Source: Paraspadella gotoi (lineage: Eukaryota; Animalia; Chaetognatha). From it: a stretch of 64,000 nt of DNA. The first letter of the stretch is position 1; each line of letters begins with the position of its first letter. The position numbers were made by a program, and so were the translations under genes. Under the pieces are notes generated by a model. It was not told the DNA's origin. It searched no databases and saw only the letters and a list, made by a program, of their open reading frames with translations. This document shows, piece by piece, positions 56,189 to 64,000 of this stretch. Location of the stretch: positions 2,005,486 through 2,069,485 of the forward strand of contig CM119268.1 of the NCBI GenBank assembly GCA_051294375.1. The letters are read 5' to 3'.

Positions 56189-58343
56189 GGGTCGTAGTAT
56201 TACATTTTTTATGCAGTGATTCTAGGTATTTACACTTATCCGCTAATCTTTGTTGCCTATGCATATATACTAATCAGGATTTGTTCATGGATTCGGTTTT
56301 ATGGCCAGCTCTTTCTTTTGTAAGCCTCTCTTAGGCCTCGATTGTTGTACTTACCTCTTTTCAAGTTGCAACAAGCCCTTTTCTAATGTTAGTATTAACT
56401 TGTATTTTGTTTTGTGAGATATCATAGTGGCGACCGGGGTGAATGAGCTTATGAACAACTTTTTTTTGCACCAAATAGCCTGTTGTTTTAATATTTTTCG
56501 AGAGTACGGCCACTTTTACGAAGCTTTTACACCCTATTTATATAACAGGATATAAAATGTTTTTAAAAATGTCAAAATTTAAGTTTAATTGAAATTTAAA
56601 TCCTATTTTGAATTAGTTAGTAAAGCTGACGTGGCTTTTTATTCTTTTCTTTTTTAGTAATTAATGTCCAGCAGTTTTGCTTTTTTGACAGAAATGAATT
56701 CCCTAAACTATCTCGTCTCTCATTTGTCCCCCCGCAAAGTTAATGTTTTCCTTCACTAATATAAATGTTATCTCGGCCAGCCAGCGAAGCTCCGGAATCC
56801 GTTTCCAATCAGGATAGAATAATTTTTCTTCCACTTTTTTTTCTTCATTTGTTTGGAAAAAGATGCAAGGTGCCTGCCTTCGAGGGTTTTGAATTCCTCA
56901 CATTCTGCGAAATTAACTCTCTCGACAAACGTTCTTACATTTTGCTAAACCCGGAGCAGGGAAAAAAAAAAACTTTTGGCTTCTTTTTTTTTCTTCTTGA
57001 GAATAGAAAAAGGGGGAAAGATTTACCAGATTGGTATGGAAATAAATTTCGTGAGACGGACAGCTGCTCGAGTACATATTTTTAATGTTTATTATTTTTC
57101 TAGTCGTGAATTTTTACGCTTTCCAATTGGGTTCTTTTAATCCGCACAACAGTGTTCAACTCATCTCAAACGGTTATGGTTTATTTTTTTTAAACGATCT
57201 TCTTTCCTCGTCATATCGCAGTTTTTCTTCTTTTTTTTTACTTTTACCCTTTCTTCCTCCTCCAGGCTCTACAAACAAAATTCTAAACTTGAAACATGTT
57301 TCTTTCTGATATTTTTTGTCGGTTCTGATTCTTTCCGCGATGATTCCATGAAACTGCCTAACTGAATTGGGGAATAAAACAAAACTCGGTGAAGTGCCTT
57401 TCAGCCCATGACGATGAAAAGGCCAACGCCGATCCGATCGATCGCTCCGTCGTAAAAGTCGCCCATCGCCCCTTTGCCAGTCCGACGCCCGCCCCTTTGC
57501 CAGTCCGACGCCCGCCTCAAACCCGCGGAGGGATGAGATTTCCCGGATTTGATTTTCCGAGTTGTTAAAACGAGTTAAGTCGCCGCCATCATTATCGAAG
57601 AGGGACAACTCGAGGATCGACTCGTTCAACTCGCTAATCTTCCTCCCCGGATCGCCTCGCCACTTTCTCGCTTTCTGCCAGGGATTTATTTTTAACGAAA
57701 GGGGAAAAAAAAGAAGGAAAAGATCGAATCCTTTTACCTTCGCCGCCGAATTCTTCGACTCTCGTCGGCAATAAGGGGCGACGCCTTAACCACGTTCCCG
57801 CCCTCGATCCCTCCTTCGCGTGACTGCGGCGCCTCGTAGGTGGGAATGCATTCGCGATTATTTTACAATGATGAGATTAATTTTAAAATTTACAAAGGTG
57901 GCTAAGATATAAACGTTATTTGATTTAATTTATTAATATTTGTAACCGTAAGAAGAAAATTACGAACATTGTAGGGAAATGAGTCATACGATTCGGCGAA
58001 TAAAAAGGTTCAAATTTTATCGGGATTTTCGAATCTCGAAAAGTAATCTCGTTCGATCAGCTGTGAATTCAAAGCGAAATAATCTGATTATTCCTTGCTT
58101 TATCAAAGCTCTAGAAAGTAGAGACGGCGAAAAAGTTTTTTATTCTCGATATTTCGCTTTTGCCTTTAAGGTTTTGTACATTGAAACGGCTTATACTCGA
58201 CTTCATTACTCACTACCCCCAGCAACCGGCCAACCAAAATGCCTCTCTGACCCATCGCTACCTCTCTAGTCCTCTTCTTCGTTTTGGTCTTCCTCCTTCC
58301 ACTACCCGACGTCATCCCCCGCGCCCCGTTCGAGGACGCCACC

Positions 58344-64000
<5,657 letters not shown>

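Noticed and set aside
56118-57512. CRISPR-like or telomeric arrays (33-bp duplication at 56118, 23-bp duplication at 57467)
   Set aside because: Each has only two adjacent copies with no spacers, and the context is eukaryotic with no cas genes.

Overview
This is metazoan genomic DNA from a compact genome with short spliceosomal introns. Four genes lie on the minus strand: kinesin light chain, an F-box/LRR protein, a full-length dystrophin and gamma-SNAP. Three lie on the plus strand: PRPF3, an AAK1/BMP2K-family kinase and Rho-kinase (ROCK, running off the end). The two sets diverge from one region at about 49.3-50.9 kb. Most of the dystrophin is encoded by a single 8,691-nt exon that is AT-rich and CpG-poor, unlike the CpG-rich exons nearby. 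A dystrophin intron holds a 2.2-kb hAT-like non-autonomous element with an 8-bp TSD, and an apparent empty-site allele sits directly across an N-gap. The span ~29.1-45.4 kb is a noisy tandem copy plus a ~10.6-kb fold-back copy of the dystrophin 5' half. It is most likely a chimeric-read or gap-filling artefact. Other candidates are a highly structured ~700-nt GC-rich RNA at the strand switch, a hairpin-bounded tRNA-containing repeat, an 18-nt microexon and an operon-like gene layout. Exon boundaries were read by eye from GT/AG signals and protein homology recalled from memory; no searches were run.
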